Positions 34,440 through 49,024 of a DNA stretch of 64,000 bases are shown here, piece after piece. The notes under the pieces are model-generated. The model searched no databases. It saw nothing but the letters and a program-made list of their open reading frames with translations, and had not been told where the DNA came from. Both the position numbers and the translations under genes were made by a program. This DNA is from Eledone cirrhosa (lineage: Eukaryota): contig OZ024742.1 of the NCBI GenBank assembly GCA_964016885.1, forward strand, positions 228,532,001 to 228,596,000, in the 5' to 3' direction. The first letter of the stretch is position 1; each line of letters starts with the position of its first letter.

Positions 34440-34630
34440 GCTACCGCCGCCGCCGCTGCCACCACCACCAGCAGCATCAGCAGCATCACCAGCACCACCA
34501 CCACCACCACCACCACTACCAACCAGTGCCACCAGAAGCTGTACCAGCACTACCACCACCATCAACCAGCGCCACGATGACGACCATCACCACCAACCAG
34601 CGCTGCCACCACCACCACCACCAACAACCA
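34440..34630. repeat. (CCA/CAG)n compound trinucleotide repeat
   Basis: Direct reading. Confidence 0.85.
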
Positions 34631-34730
34631 GGACCGCCCTCTTTCCCTCTCATACACCCACCAGCCCTTTTCTAACATGAGAGACATTTTAGACGGCATG
34701 TACTACAGAATTACCATTATAGATTGGCTT

Positions 34731-34926
34731 GGCACTATCGGTAGAGAGTCAGTCACCATGCTTTGCAGCATAGAGTTATGGCCTTTTACATACTGAGTTT
34801 AAATCCCGCCGAGGTTAGCTTTGCTTTTTATCCTTACAGGGTCGATAAAATAAAGCACCAGTAATGCGCTGGGTTGACTTAATTGATCCCCCCCCCCCCA
34901 ATTGCTGGCCTTGTGCCTAGAGTACA
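34731..34926 (+). mobile_element. tRNA-derived SINE (same family at about 35080-35215, 38216-38423, 50631-50806, 58873-59056, 59545-59672 on plus; 47925-48040, 48065-48200, 48585-48798 on minus)
   Basis: Box A-like tggcactatcgg, box B-like gagttcaaatcc, shared body tttgcctttcatcct..ggggtcgataaaataaagtaccag, tail gctggccttgtgcct. Confidence 0.8.
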
Positions 34927-35279
34927 AATTATTATAGATAATGCATTGCACAAAGTATTATAGGGTGTGGATACGAAGATTCCTCAACATTTTGAGTCCT
35001 GATTGTAAAAACACTGACATCATAGCAATTCCCCCCGCCATAAAAACAAAGAACGTTAACTCCAATCATTAATATTTCGTAGTTACGTCCCTTTACGATC
35101 TGAGTTCAAATCCCGCCGATGTTGACTTTGCCTTTCATCCTTACGGGGTCGATAAAATAAAGTACCAGTAATGCACTGGGTAATTGCTGGCCTTGTGCCT
35201 AAAGTAGAAACAATTAATATTTCTATATAGTTGACTATATATACTGTTGGAAAAGTGGAAACAATTATATGTATATATA

Positions 35280-35395
35280 CTAACTGAGGTACCCGGCTTC
35301 GATCGAGAGAACAGTTAAGAGAAGACCGATAAAGGAGAAAACGACTGTATTGGATGTGTTGTCTGGTTTACAGTATGAGGTGAGACCGTAATGTA

Positions 35396-35494
<99 letters not shown>

Positions 35495-36101
35495 CAAAAA
35501 CAATAATAAAACTTCCTTATTAGGCTCAGGAAATAAACTGCCGATTAAATGGTAGCTTTGGCCTTGGCTTTTAAATGTTGTGAAATGACCATAGTCAGTA
35601 TGATCTTTTTCAGCTCCAAAGGACGTCATCTGAAACGTAGCAATATACTGCATAACATTGCTTCTGAAGTGTTTAGCTTCGTTAGCACGGTCTGTAAGCA
35701 GTATATGGATAAAAGCTGCAGGGTCCTCTGTCAATGGAAGCCTAATATTTTCTCCTAAGCAACGCATGCCAAGTGTAATATCCATGCTATCAATTGCGAC
35801 TTTAGGATCATTTCTATAATTCTTTGATGGGCCATATGAAAACGCAGCTCTTAGCCAGTTTATTCTGCCTTGAAGAGTCGTTTGTGCATCGCAAGTGTCA
35901 TTGCCTCTTGATGATTTCCATATTGAACCTCTGTTTATTGCGATAGTCTTTCTTCTTGCCTTAATCCTTGTTTCCTGTCTCAGGTTCTGTACACTTTCAG
36001 AAAGTTGCGATCGTCTTTCTTGTCTTAACCTTTCTGTTTCCCGTCTCATATTCTGAATTAGGTCAATAATAACATGACACTATAATAAAAAAGCTAAATT
36101 A
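35280..36101 (-). mobile_element. Helitron remnant with RepHel N-terminal coding fragment, interrupted by a hAT insertion
   Basis: KHFRSNVMQYIATFQMTSFGA...TFKSQGQSYHLIGSLFP matches the Helitron N-terminal region; 3' end has hairpin-like tcgatcgaagccgggtac then TTAG|T. Confidence 0.8.
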
Positions 36102-37170
36102 GTATACACCAAAGGTTCTCAACCCATTTCGACCAAACCCCACCCTTTTGCGCCTCGAAATCACGAAACGCCCCCCCCCCCCCCCCCCACCCTATTTTTC
36201 CATTTTTCAATATACTACTGATTTTGATATCAGTAGATTACTAAAAAATTGATTAACGATATTCCAAAGATACCATTGCAGGCAGTTGAAAGTATAAATA
36301 CATTCCTTGAAAAGAAGTATATAAATTTCCAAAATAGGAACATAAATGTTCTTTTTTATGAATAGGGACCAGTTGAATTTGTTAAATTCCCACCAGACGA
36401 TACCAGCTATTTTGAACATTTATACAAGAGCAACTCTGTCTATCCAAAGAGTGCTCTTATCTGGAAGAAAGTGGCAATTATATCATTTCAAAGCTTTCCA
36501 ATTTTCCCTTTAATGAAACGGACAGAATAAATGTTGATATCTAACTTGATGTCCCCTCCGCTTTGTGAGCTTAGAGACAACGGAAGTGGGTTTTCATGAC
36601 CACGTAAGAGGGTATATTCATTAGTAAACGGTAAAATATATACAACAAATGATTAAGTGAATTGTGGTAGATGGTTTCCAGTCCAGTCAGACTGCAACTA
36701 CAAGTAAAAAATCTACTTACTTTGACCTCGTTTCAATGGAACCCTTGAGCTTCATGGAGTTTAGCTAACTCTTTGACGTCAGGATGGATTTTCGTAAGAT
36801 GTAGCCGGAGATCTCCACGTGTAATCACATTGTAGCGGTTGCAAGCCTTACTGTGCACCTGGAAACAGCGCCAAACCCCTCTCAACTAAGCTAGGAAAAA
36901 GCAAAGCAAATCTCTTAGCCTCTGCATGTAGGAGTGAAAATCGACGTTGAATTTCCTCTTGCATCCAAAAAAAGGGTTCACCTATTTTGGAAAATTTAAT
37001 TTTGATAATGTCATCTGTCTGAAGTTGAATTAATTCTTCCTGAAATTTAATGTCCAAATCGTCGACGTTAGCTATGAAGGGATCTGCTATCCACATTGGG
37101 ATCTCCATCTGCATAAGGTCGACAAACCGTTCTCTCATGTGGGCGACTGGCCGACAAACCGTTCTCTCAA

Positions 37171-38104
37171 ATGGGCGACTGGCACATCGAATGTGCTCAG
37201 GCGCTCACAGCCCTCTGGCAGGCGGACCCGGCGATCAGTGGAGACTCCACTTCGTCATTCTATAGAGGGTTGATCCGCAGCAAGTGCGACGACGCGCTCG
37301 GAGAAACTCTAGGCGTAGAGGAAGACGAACTGGCCAGTCTGTTCGGTAGGACCTTCCGCCCGGGACCGATGGACAACTTCCAAAAATCCCTGGCTTGGCA
37401 GTACTACCGAGGAGCTCTACCAGTTCGAGACAAGCTCTACATACATGGGCGCCCGGGCAGGGACCCTTCGAAAAAGATCTGTCCGAGATGTGTGCGAGAT
37501 GAAGAAACCGTCGCGCATGCATTCATACACTGCCCGGGCGTTACCGACCAGTGGGGCTATGTAGAACGACTATTGTCGCGGGTGGGACCAATCCGATTGA
37601 CCACCGAGTCCATTGTCATGATCAAAGCGCCACCCTCCTTCAAAAACGAAGGAGAGGCGGTTTTCATTTGTGTGATAGCTATGGCGAAAGAGGTTGTATG
37701 GTGGACAAGGTTGAAAGGGCTGAGGTCAGACACCTTTCTCTCCGGCCAACAACTGATTCTTTTTTTCAAATACCACTTTGGAAGAAGAATCAGGATGCTG
37801 TACCCCAGCAAGTTTTATGAAAGGTGGGTGAAAGTGGCGAGAATGGCCCGTGTGAATGGCCTGTAAGTTGAGGAAAAAGAGGAAGAGAGGAAAGGGGTAC
37901 AAACTCTTCGTACTCCTGGAGATGAGGGTTGCACATTTTTTCGGGGGTATATGTTACCCATATGAAATGTCTCCCCTTATTGGGGAAAATCGTTTAATTT
38001 TAAAATTACATTTGTGATAGCATTTTACACGTTTTTATTGTATGTAAACTTCCCCCTTTGTATTTGTCCCCTTCTTTTGTGCCCCTGTGGCTAATAAAGA
38101 AACA

Positions 38105-38141
<37 letters not shown>
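37171..38141 (+). mobile_element. Tx1-clade copy F (family of copy E), 5'-truncated, with (TATC)n tail
   Basis: ORF2 C-terminus and 3'UTR nearly identical to 19700-20360; tail 38106-38141. Confidence 0.92.
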
Positions 38142-38807
38142 CCAACAGGAGGCTCGCACTCACTACTCCGTGGTAGAACCAATATTTAATATAGCATTAT
38201 AACTGGTGAAAAAAAGGCGGCGAGCTGGTGGAATCGTTAGCACATCTGGCGAAATCTTAACGGTACTTCTTCCGTTTTTACGTTCTGAGTTCAAATTCCG
38301 CCGATCTCAACTTTGCCTTACATCCTTTTGTGCTCGATGAATTAACTACCAGTAGTGTACTAGGATCGATTCAATCGACTGAACCCTAAACCCCAAATTT
38401 CATGCCTTGTTCCTAGAGTAGAAATGATTATAACTGGTGAACATTTTCACCCACCACCACGTTTGGCCCACTGTGCCTCTCCTCCAGGACGTAATAGCCC
38501 TTTTGTGTCCTTGAGTTTGAGACCCCTCTTCTACACACACACACACACATATATATATTTAACTTTTTTTTCTGTCTCTGGACTACGCCCATGCTGGAGC
38601 ATCACCTTGGTAAGTTATGGGAACGTCAACAAACCAACAAGCATTGGTGCAAACACAAACGCAAAGACACACACATACATATATACATATATACGACGGG
38701 CTTCTTTTAGTTTCGATCTATCAAATCCACTCACAGGGCTTTGGTCGGCTCGGGCAGTGGGACTGAACCCTGAAATATGTGGTTGGGAAACAAGCTTCTT
38801 GTCACAC

Positions 38808-38868
<61 letters not shown>

Positions 38869-38924
38869 ATAATATATATATTACACACACACGCACACAC
38901 ATATATATATATAACCTTACACAC

Positions 38925-38977
<53 letters not shown>

Positions 38978-39078
38978 CCTTACACACTTAAATATAAATG
39001 CATGTATATATATACAAATGTATAAATGCATAGCTATATACATACGTATATGTATGTATATATGTATGTATGTACATT

Positions 39079-39115
<37 letters not shown>

Positions 39116-39469
39116 GTAGATTTATATGTATATATATATATATTCTTTCCTCACTTACATTTCGACCAGGTTGGATGGTCTTTATTCTCTCTCGTCTACG
39201 ATTTCACAGAACTTATGTTCATCGATTTCAGGGACTTGACTCCTTCTTCCTCATTTTTCGTTGCATTACCATCTCTGTTTGTTTACTGTCTCGCTCGTTC
39301 CCCTATTTACGTGTCCCAACGATTTTCTTTAGCCGTTGCTCGCACTAACCAGAGGTATATGGTCTTTAAATCGATGAAATACCAATGAAGGTTGGAATAT
39401 CACTGATGAAGGACTAAATTTATTCATATGTATATATATATATATATATAAATATATGTATGTATGTAG

Positions 39470-39539
<70 letters not shown>

Positions 39540-39794
39540 CTACATACATACATACATACAAATAAAGATTCAGCGAGAATCGCATTTCGGCTGGCAGGAA
39601 AAGCGAAGCGAAACGCAAAAATCAGAAATGATACTGGCAAAGTGCTCCATAGTTAAAAACCAGAGCTAAACAATGTGTTAAGAAGCCATACAAAACTGAA
39701 AAGTTGGTCAAGAAGGCATTAACCACCCAAGCCAAACACCAAATCAAGCTAAACAGGTCAAAACAAAATAAATGATACATACATACATATCTAC

Positions 39795-40684
39795 ATGATG
39801 AAACACAAATACCAACATATCTGTATTTATATTGTAAAAGAAAATTTAGTTAGCTAGAATGAAGTATACTAATTATAATATTACAGTCTGCCCATATCGA
39901 TTTAATATAATAAATCAACAAAGACAAGCAGTATTGCCAAATGGCCTTGATGTTTAGACACATTTAAATTTCAAAATCAAACCTGTTCCGTAGATAAGTT
40001 TAAACTTTAAAATCCAAATATGTTTCGAGATAAAAAAGTGTAAGGATATCATGCCCTGCTCTCTTCAGTAAACATCCAGGAGCAAATTGATATGCTTCAC
40101 TTCCAAATATTTTAAAAGACTGTGTAACGCACATGGTTTACAGTTTCTAGCTAGCCTCATAACCGTACTGCTAGAAATAACAGCCGTATATATGAGGCTA
40201 CTTTCAGCTCAACCTAAGGAGCAATAATATTAAGTGTAATGAATTCTTTTACAATGAAATTAGCTCAAAGAAAGAAATAGTTCTGAACCGTGTAAAACAT
40301 TTAAATATAAATTAATATATATGATGAAACACAAATACCAACATATCTGTATTTATATTGTAAAAGAAAATTTAGTTAGCTAGAATGAAGTATACTAATT
40401 ATAATATTACAGTCTGCCCATATCGATTTAATATAATAAATCAACAAAGACAAACAGTATTGCCAAATGGTCTTGATGTTTAGACACATTTAAATTTCAA
40501 AATCAAACCTGTTCCGTAGATAAGTTTAAACTTTAAAATCCAAATATGTTACAATATAAATACAGATATGTTGGTATTTGTGTTTCATCATATATATTAA
40601 TTTATATTTAAATGTTTTACACGGCTCAGAAATATTTCTTTCTTTGAGCTAATTTCATTGTAAAAGAATTCATTACACTTAATA
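39795..40684. repeat. Direct duplication (39795-40024 / 40321-40550) joined to an inverted duplication (40228-40361 / 40551-40684)
   Basis: Read directly; few mismatches. Confidence 0.88.
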
Positions 40685-41396
40685 CATATATACATACATT
40701 TATATTTAAGTGTGTAAGGATGTTGATATGATCTATGTCTTCTTTTTTGGTAAGGAGAACATTTTTGTCGCCAGATTTTATTACCTAGGGAATTTAAATA
40801 CAACACCTCTGGCTGAAAGTTGACCGGGAACTCAACCTCATTAATAACTAACGCCGACCTGTGTGTGTATATATGTGTGTGTGTATGTATGTATGCATGT
40901 ATGTGTGTATGTTCACCACCATTGCTTCTTGTCATTTCTGTTGAAGTAGTCCTTACTTTCATTCTCTTTGATTTCTTTTGATTTTCTTTTATCTCCCTAG
41001 GGAATTCGTTGACAAGCTTCTTTAATTTATTTTCTTTGTTTTCTTCATTCAAATCACTGGCTGTCTAAGAGACATACAAATATGACTTATAAAACTTACC
41101 AAACTAAAGGGGCTTCTAGCGCCCTCAAAGTTTCAAACGCCCCTTACTGCATAACGCCCCCCCCCCCCCCCCCCCTAACGCCTCCTTACTGAATAACGCC
41201 CACCTGGAGCTACGAAACGCCCCGTTGAGAACCTTTAGTATACACCATAGATTAATTTCAAATAGTATCAATTTTTTCTGTGTTCTGTAAAATCAAAGAC
41301 TTGTGCAAAACGACTTTATATAAGCTAGCGCAATATTGTTAAACATCCAACCGATACTTTGAGCTATAGTTTAAGCCGATTCTAGACTTTAGTGGG

Positions 41397-41499
<103 letters not shown>

Positions 41500-42356
41500 C
41501 CTCTCTCTCTCTGAATATCTAACGCTTTAATGGTATCTCCCTCTGTAAAACGGCCTCTCTCTTTCTCCCTCTGCTTCTTCTTCTGTGTCCTTCTCTCTTT
41601 AGATGTGTGTGTATTCGTTATGTCAGTCGTCACAGAAATGTATGTATACTGACACACACATACACTCTCACGTACTCTCACACACATATACTTATCAGTC
41701 ATCACATATGTATGTGTAGATTTGAGTGTGTGTGTTTAATTCTCTGTGTATCAGATTAAATATTTACGGGATGATGTATGTGTATGAAACTTACTAAGGC
41801 CTAACGTACATAACGAACGCGCAGACATACACACACTCACAGACACATACACACTCATATACAAAATGTGACGTCGAGTAATCAAATGTCCGTTGACTAT
41901 GGTAGATTATTTAAAATAAAATGTTATGTTGTTTTAATCCAAATGAAAATAAAAATTGCATGTTATTAATCCCGGGGTCTAATACTGTTATCTTGTAAAA
42001 TTTGATTTCATTTGGTAAAGCCGTTTGAGAATGCATAAGGAAAAGAGAGACAGACAGAAAAAGAATTATATATAGAGAGAGAGATTGCACCTGTGTGACA
42101 AATAACAAATAAATATGTTTATAATATATGATTACACAAGTAAATAAACACCTTTGACTGTCTGTAAGCAAATATAACATAAATATATATAAACACACAC
42201 GCGCGCGAACACATACCAATGCATTCATATGTGTGTGTACGTATGTGTATGTGTATATACATATACACATACGTACACATTATCCATATCCATCTGACTA
42301 TCTATTTATATATATGTATCTCTCTCTTATATATATATATATATATATCCACCCAG

Positions 42357-42434
<78 letters not shown>

Positions 42435-42547
42435 ACACACACACACACACACAAACACACACTCACACATATATATACATACACACACAAACATTTATTT
42501 TTTATTCAGTGATATCTATTTTTCATTCTCATTCTGCACCTGTTATC

Positions 42548-42606
<59 letters not shown>

Positions 42607-42611
42607 TACAT

Positions 42612-42722
<111 letters not shown>

Positions 42723-43685
42723 TATATAATGTTGCAGCTTTTAAATGGTTTTGTAGCGACTACACATTCAATACAATAATAACCTACGTATTTCAATAGC
42801 TGGAAATTATGTTGCCATAAAATTACAATACCGAAACAAGGCAACAGACGTGTAAAACGTTTGGCTAAACAATCTTTACAGCAAATTATTTCGTCTTGTC
42901 TCTTTGTGACGTATTGATATTATAATAGATCTTTGAATTACACATTTCTGAGTGTCTTCAGTCTCACTGCCGTGATTTGCAAATATTGATGGATTTAGTT
43001 CTTGTAATGTAGTGGTTCGAAAACTTTGTTACCATTGCGACACATTTTCGCAAATCAATTATCCTCCGGGAACTTTTTAATATATATATATTTATCAAAT
43101 ATACAACCATTTCCGGTATAACTTATACCAGACATGGGCAACCGCTTTCGAGAATTGGGCTGCATGAGATATGTCTCATTATCAGGCGGGCCGCAAGCAC
43201 TAATTTACATTCGTTCCCACATTAAAAAAGGGCGGTAACTCAGGTTATTTTGATTTGTTTAATTCAAAATTCGTAGACGTTGTTTTCCTCGATCGTAAAA
43301 ATTATAGAAAGATAAATTACGACTGAAAAGTTGGGGTAGAAACAACCAGAAAGATTTCACTTAGGTGACTTAGGTGAGCCATTCAGAAAGCTTCGCGGGT
43401 CGCAGGTTGCCCATGATTGTTTTATAGTATGTGTAACATACATAACGTTGCAATAGCAATATTCTTTCATATAAGGAACAATAGGGGTAGTTATTCTTCG
43501 ACGAGGTGACAACAATCGCTGAAATCATACATAAGAATAACTTATGTGGTGTGTGTGTGTGTGTGTGTGAGAGGGGGGGGGGTAATTGTTTGTGTGTGTG
43601 TGTGTGTGTGGGGGGGGGGGGGCGCATACAGATGTCATGTAGTTTGTTACCTTAGTGTTTGAAACACACTTACATACACACACTC

Positions 43686-43748
<63 letters not shown>

Positions 43749-44513
43749 TATAGAGAAAAATACTGCAGGTAGCACATGGTAACATGTAATAAAATAAGTC
43801 CCTCATCAGTGATTTGCCGAAGATCATAGATATTTCATTGCATTAAAAATCATATATCTCACTTCGGTGCAATAATAACCAAAATAAGTTATTAGGACAA
43901 TTAAAACGCGTAAAGCGAGTGAGACAGGAGAACAACAGAAAATATAGCATACCTTAGGGGAGAAACAAGCTTCAAAAATTATTCGTTTAGCATAAGCTAG
44001 GTGAATATATGAGAGCTTAGAGAATAGTACCAACACGAACGAAAGCTATTGAGCAGAGAGAGAAAAAATAGCGTTCGTGAGTGCAGGATGAAATGAAGAG
44101 AAGAGGGAGAAAAACAGTGAGTGAGTGAAAGTGTGAGGAAGAGTTAACGGACAAGACAGAGGGGGAGAAACAGAGAGAATGGGGGAACAGTAGGAGAGAG
44201 AGAAAAAACACAGAATCGCAGTGGTAAATATATGTATTAAAATATAGAGAAAAATACTGCAGGTAGCACATGGTAACATGTACCATACATTTATAGACCA
44301 CAAACCACACTATACACCACACTATACATCTACAGACCACAAACCGCACACCACAAATCGTTATTATTATCATTATTATTATTTATATTATCTTTCTTAC
44401 AGTGGACTTTTCTGAAGCAGGAAGAGCTGACCATTCCATTACGATAATTAACCCAGCAGGAAAGACAATTCCTTTTGAATTAAAAGAAAATAATGCTAAT
44501 ATATATATATATA

Positions 44514-44935
44514 TATACTATATAAATGTCAATTTCTGTCTATGTATCTGTGTATAACCAGTTGGCGCCTACACCAGTGATCCGATCCTGATGAAACTTT
44601 ACACACATGTTAAGCTAATATTAAAAAAACAGGACTGGCTAATTGGATTTCAATAAAAATCAATAATGCAACCCCTGGGGAATCTTTACACTGGAGGAGG
44701 AAAGAGAAGACGTTTCAGTGAGAGAGGGGGAAGAGGAGATACTACTACTGTACGTTAAACCCCCTTCCCACTACCCCCTTCCTCCTCCCACATCTCAGTC
44801 CTCCAAAACGAGGCAACAATTTATTAGAAATATACATAAAAAAATTTCAAACAAAGCAGACGACAATCTAATTTTGGTTGACGACTGAACAGATATCTCT
44901 GTATGTATGTATATATCTATATCTATATATCTATA

Positions 44936-45003
<68 letters not shown>

Positions 45004-45819
45004 ATCCACTGATATGGGTTCTGAACACGTGCCTACGCTTAGGTCACATTAAGGTCAACTACAGCAATCGGTGATAAGTTTAAAAAAAGTTGGTTTACCA
45101 TGAGATTAGTCCAAAGAATAAAACCCAAATTGAATGTGGATGAATATTCGATATTTGTACTCCCAGCATAATAATTGAAACATACCGTCTGTGAGAGTAG
45201 AGTTTAATTTGTCGATATTTTGAGGTATCGGATCGTGGGAAGATTAACACGAATTAAGAAGATGTAACTTCTCCCCCATTATTGACATAAGGGTCTCTTT
45301 AGGGCCAACACTTCTGATTGTTCATCCGATTAATTATGGTGTGTTTTCTCGGGTTATGTCTGCTATAGGGAGAAAACGGGATGGTTTTATTGAATTGCTT
45401 CAGTTATTCGAAGGGATTTACAAACGGTGATATACAGGGTGCTTGAATATGTTCACTCGGTTATAATTTCTTCAATAATTGCAATGACTTCCTCAATTGT
45501 TCTGTGTTTATTCTTGAGTGCTAAGGCAGTAATTTTGATATTCTTATACATAAGTTTGTTGAATAAGTTCAATACTCTTCGAGCTCAAACTTCCCCGGCT
45601 TATTCACCCTGAATGAAGAAATGTGGATGGAAGAAGGACTTATAACTTAAACAGCTATTGATAGTTCCACACAAAAAATTGATCTGCCATAAATACACCT
45701 AGCAAATGTTGATATTGAAAATCCAATATGAGCACCCAGGGTCGCTAGCATTTTTAGGCGCACTCTGGGAACTGCGAATAACCCCACCTTTCCCGGGTAC
45801 TACCGGGTACTGCAGCTAG
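44514..45819 (+). mobile_element. Non-autonomous Helitron-like element
   Basis: 5' tatactatataaatg..(ctgt-like)..ccgatcctgatgaaacttt; 3' hairpin cccgggtactaccggg followed by CTAG|T; inserted in (TA)n. Confidence 0.65.
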
Positions 45820-46176
45820 TATATATATATATATAAATTTAAAGGTATAGTATCAGGAAAAACAAATGACTAGGCAAGAAGTAAAGGTTAGAAGAGAAAG
45901 ATTTATTCAGATAAATACATCTTTCTCTTCTAACCTTTACTTCTTGTCTAGTCGTTTGTTTTTCCTGGTACTATGCTTTTTACTATCATAATTACTCCGT
46001 GATCTTCTACTTAGATACTGTACCTAAACCCTATAATTGGACTGTTACCGTACCTCCTGTAATGACCAAGTCAAGAAAAATACTTTGGTAAGCAATCTTC
46101 CATATTTAGTTTTGTTTGCACATTGATTCACACAAACAAATTTTAACCTGACATAGCTTCGTATATATATATATAT

Positions 46177-46787
46177 GGTGGCTGCCAAATCGTTTTCGAG
46201 TACGGCCACTACTTTATATCCATGTAGGAGAACCCCTACCGATGCGCTGAACGAGTGTGACTTTTTAGTCCAGCCAGCGACTTGAAAACTCTGGTACAAA
46301 CACTACACTTGTGACAATTATTGACACATAGTGCTGGGCCCATGGTACCATGTGACGACAAGTGCAGAGAGATCTCCAGATATAAAGCAATGCCTGTGCC
46401 GTGAAGCTTTTATAGTGAGCAAAGGCACTGCACAAAGCCAATCCCACTCTCTTAACCAAGATGATATTTACCAAAAAGAAGAACAAGTCAACATCATTGG
46501 ATACCATCAGGGTTGCAGGTGTTATATCAGAGTTTTCCTTCTGCTAGAATTCTGCCTTGACAAAGGCTAAGGGGTCATCTCTCCTGGTGATTTTGGATGG
46601 CCATTGACTCTTAAGAGCTCCTTTGCCCTTTGACAGGTTTTGTTTTTAGTCCTGCAGGATGTCCAAAGTCACCCCTCTCACCAAGAAAACTTGGTGGGGT
46701 TGCCAGTTTAGTCGCCAACGACCCGACCATGAGACAGCTTGTACTGGGATACATGTTACCAGTAGCACCAACTGGTGACCTGACATA
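46177..46787 (-). mobile_element. Full inverted copy of the 610-bp hairpin-ended element
   Basis: Reverse complement of 28158-28768. Confidence 0.8.
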
Positions 46788-46889
46788 CTCTCTCTTTCTC
46801 CTAGAGGTTGGCATTCCTAGTATTATATATATATATATATACGCGTGTGTGTATGTGTGTGTATTTGTATGTCAACCTGAGTGGATCTG

Positions 46890-46924
<35 letters not shown>

Positions 46925-47214
46925 AAAGGTAAACAGAAATAACAACACAGTCGGTACAGTATATGGAAGGGATATATTAAGTTAACGTTTGAAATAGCAG
47001 GAAGAGGGTCTTAACGTTTCGGACGCTAGTTCTTCATCCATCAGTTGAAGAATGCGAAATAAGATAGATTGAAGGGATGGGCGGGATAGAATTGGAAAAA
47101 ATGTCTTTAGATAAAAATAACAGATCCACTCAGGTTGACATACAAATACACACACATACACACACACATATATATAATACTAGGAATGCCAACCTCTAGG
47201 AGAGAGAGAGAGTA
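46786..47214. repeat. Inverted repeat (about 46786-46891 / 47118-47214) around a degenerate hammerhead-like Penelope remnant
   Basis: Arms ctagaggttggcattcctag...ctgagtggatctgtta and reverse complement; minus strand ctgatg..gtccGAAACGTTA at about 47010-47046. Confidence 0.8.
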
Positions 47215-47349
47215 TTCAATACATGTGTAGTGTAACAAATCTTTTTTATTGAGGGAAGTGAAGCTATTATTAAGTTTCATCTTAGTTATGAATCATTGTA
47301 TCGTGGAAATCAAGGAATTTAAAATTTATTATTGAATTGGGTCAGTGTG

Positions 47350-47388
<39 letters not shown>

Positions 47389-47470
47389 GGGAGGGTGGGA
47401 TGATGCGGATAGTTTATATATAGGAGAGGTCAAATTTGCTTTATAATTGTGAAACAATATAAATTTTTAA

Positions 47471-47740
47471 CAGGTGCGTTTTTAAAAAATAAACAAACAC
47501 TTCAAAAATTTGAAAATTTAGGTCATATATAAAAACTAACTCTGCTTCATTGTAGGATAATTTTGAAAGATCAAGCGAGATGCTTTTGGCAAGATATTTA
47601 GTAATAGAGGGAGGATGGCTGGATGACGTCGTTGTATTGTTTGTATTAATTTGGTTTCATCTAAATGTATGTAACTATGTTTTTAGATTTGACCTAAATA
47701 TTAAATATTTTAAAGAATTTGTTGTTTAAGGAAGCACCTG
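47471..47740. mobile_element. Old MITE-like fold-back element
   Basis: Imperfect arms caggtgc...tttaggtca..taaaaac / gtttttagatttgacctaaa...gcacctg. Confidence 0.5.
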
Positions 47741-48946
47741 CCAATCATTTCTATACAAATTGACATCGCTGGGTGGAGAAGGAATTCTCTTGGAAACTAC
47801 GTGGTTTCGGATTCAGACACCAAGCTAAATACATATTAGTATTATACATGCAACAATGGTTGCTAATATATGGACAAGACCAGAGGTTTTTTTTTGGATG
47901 AGGAGACATGAAAGTTGTTTTTAATTACTTCAGTATATCACTGGTATGAAAGGCAACATTGACTTCGGCGAGATTTGAAACCAGAACGCAGAGGCTCGTA
48001 ATAAAATACTGCTATGCATTTCATCTGCCAATCCTCTGTCCTAATAAGAGATGTGATAATTCTTTCTAATATAGACGCAAGGCTATCAATTTGGGGGAAG
48101 GGGAAATTCGATTAAATCAGCCCCAGTATTTTTTCATCGATCCCAGGAAGGATGAAAGGCTAATTTGATCTCTGCAGGAATTGAAACCAAAACATAAAGG
48201 GATGAAATATAATGTATTAATTATTTGATTTAGTACATATGTGCAATGAATATATAATACCCCCTCCCCAAGTTACCTCCATATCGACTTACAACCCAGG
48301 GGTGAGAATGGAACCCTGGCGTAAGCCGGAAGTACTTGTATATATTTAACATCTTTCTTTATCAAATAATTTATGAAATTCTGTACTTGAAACATGAAAT
48401 GTCATCATCATCGTCAACTATTGACGGGATGTCATCAATAACAGTTGAAGACATAAACCTGTGGCGGAGTTCGAATCCTTTTTGATAATTATGATACAAC
48501 ACACAGTTCATATCAACTTTCATCATCTACTACCAACAGACCGTTTATGACTGCAATGTAGAACAATAACAATAGTGTGTAATATTGGTTTCTGATTTAA
48601 CCACAAGACCAACAATACTGTGGGACAGGAAACCGATTAAATCGACACTAGAGCATTACTGGTACTTTATTTTATCGACCCTGTAAGGAAGAAAGGCAAA
48701 GTTAACCTCGACAGGATTCGAACTCAGACCCTAAAAGGCCGTAAATTTATACCACAAAGCATGTTGTCCGACGCTCCACTGATACTGATACTGCCAATTC
48801 ACTGCCATCACAATAGTGTGTAATATAGTGTAGTATGTAATTTGGAGTTTCATCCAATTATAGGTCTGAATATAGCTTATTTCTTTCAGCCTGGGCGGAA
48901 AGGAAAAGAAGGAAAGAGAGCGGAAGAGTATGAGAGAGAGAGAAGG

Positions 48947-49024
<78 letters not shown>

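Larger units (their letters stand above)
36110..41237 (-). mobile_element. Decayed hAT (Buster/Charlie-type) transposon carrying nested insertions
   Basis: TIRs CAAAGGTTCTCAAC / GTTGAGAACCTTTA; 8-bp TSD GTATACAC at 36102-36109 and 41238-41245; transposase C-terminal fragment 37138-36848 (WIADPF, QEELIQLQ, FW, FPSLVERG). Confidence 0.85.
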
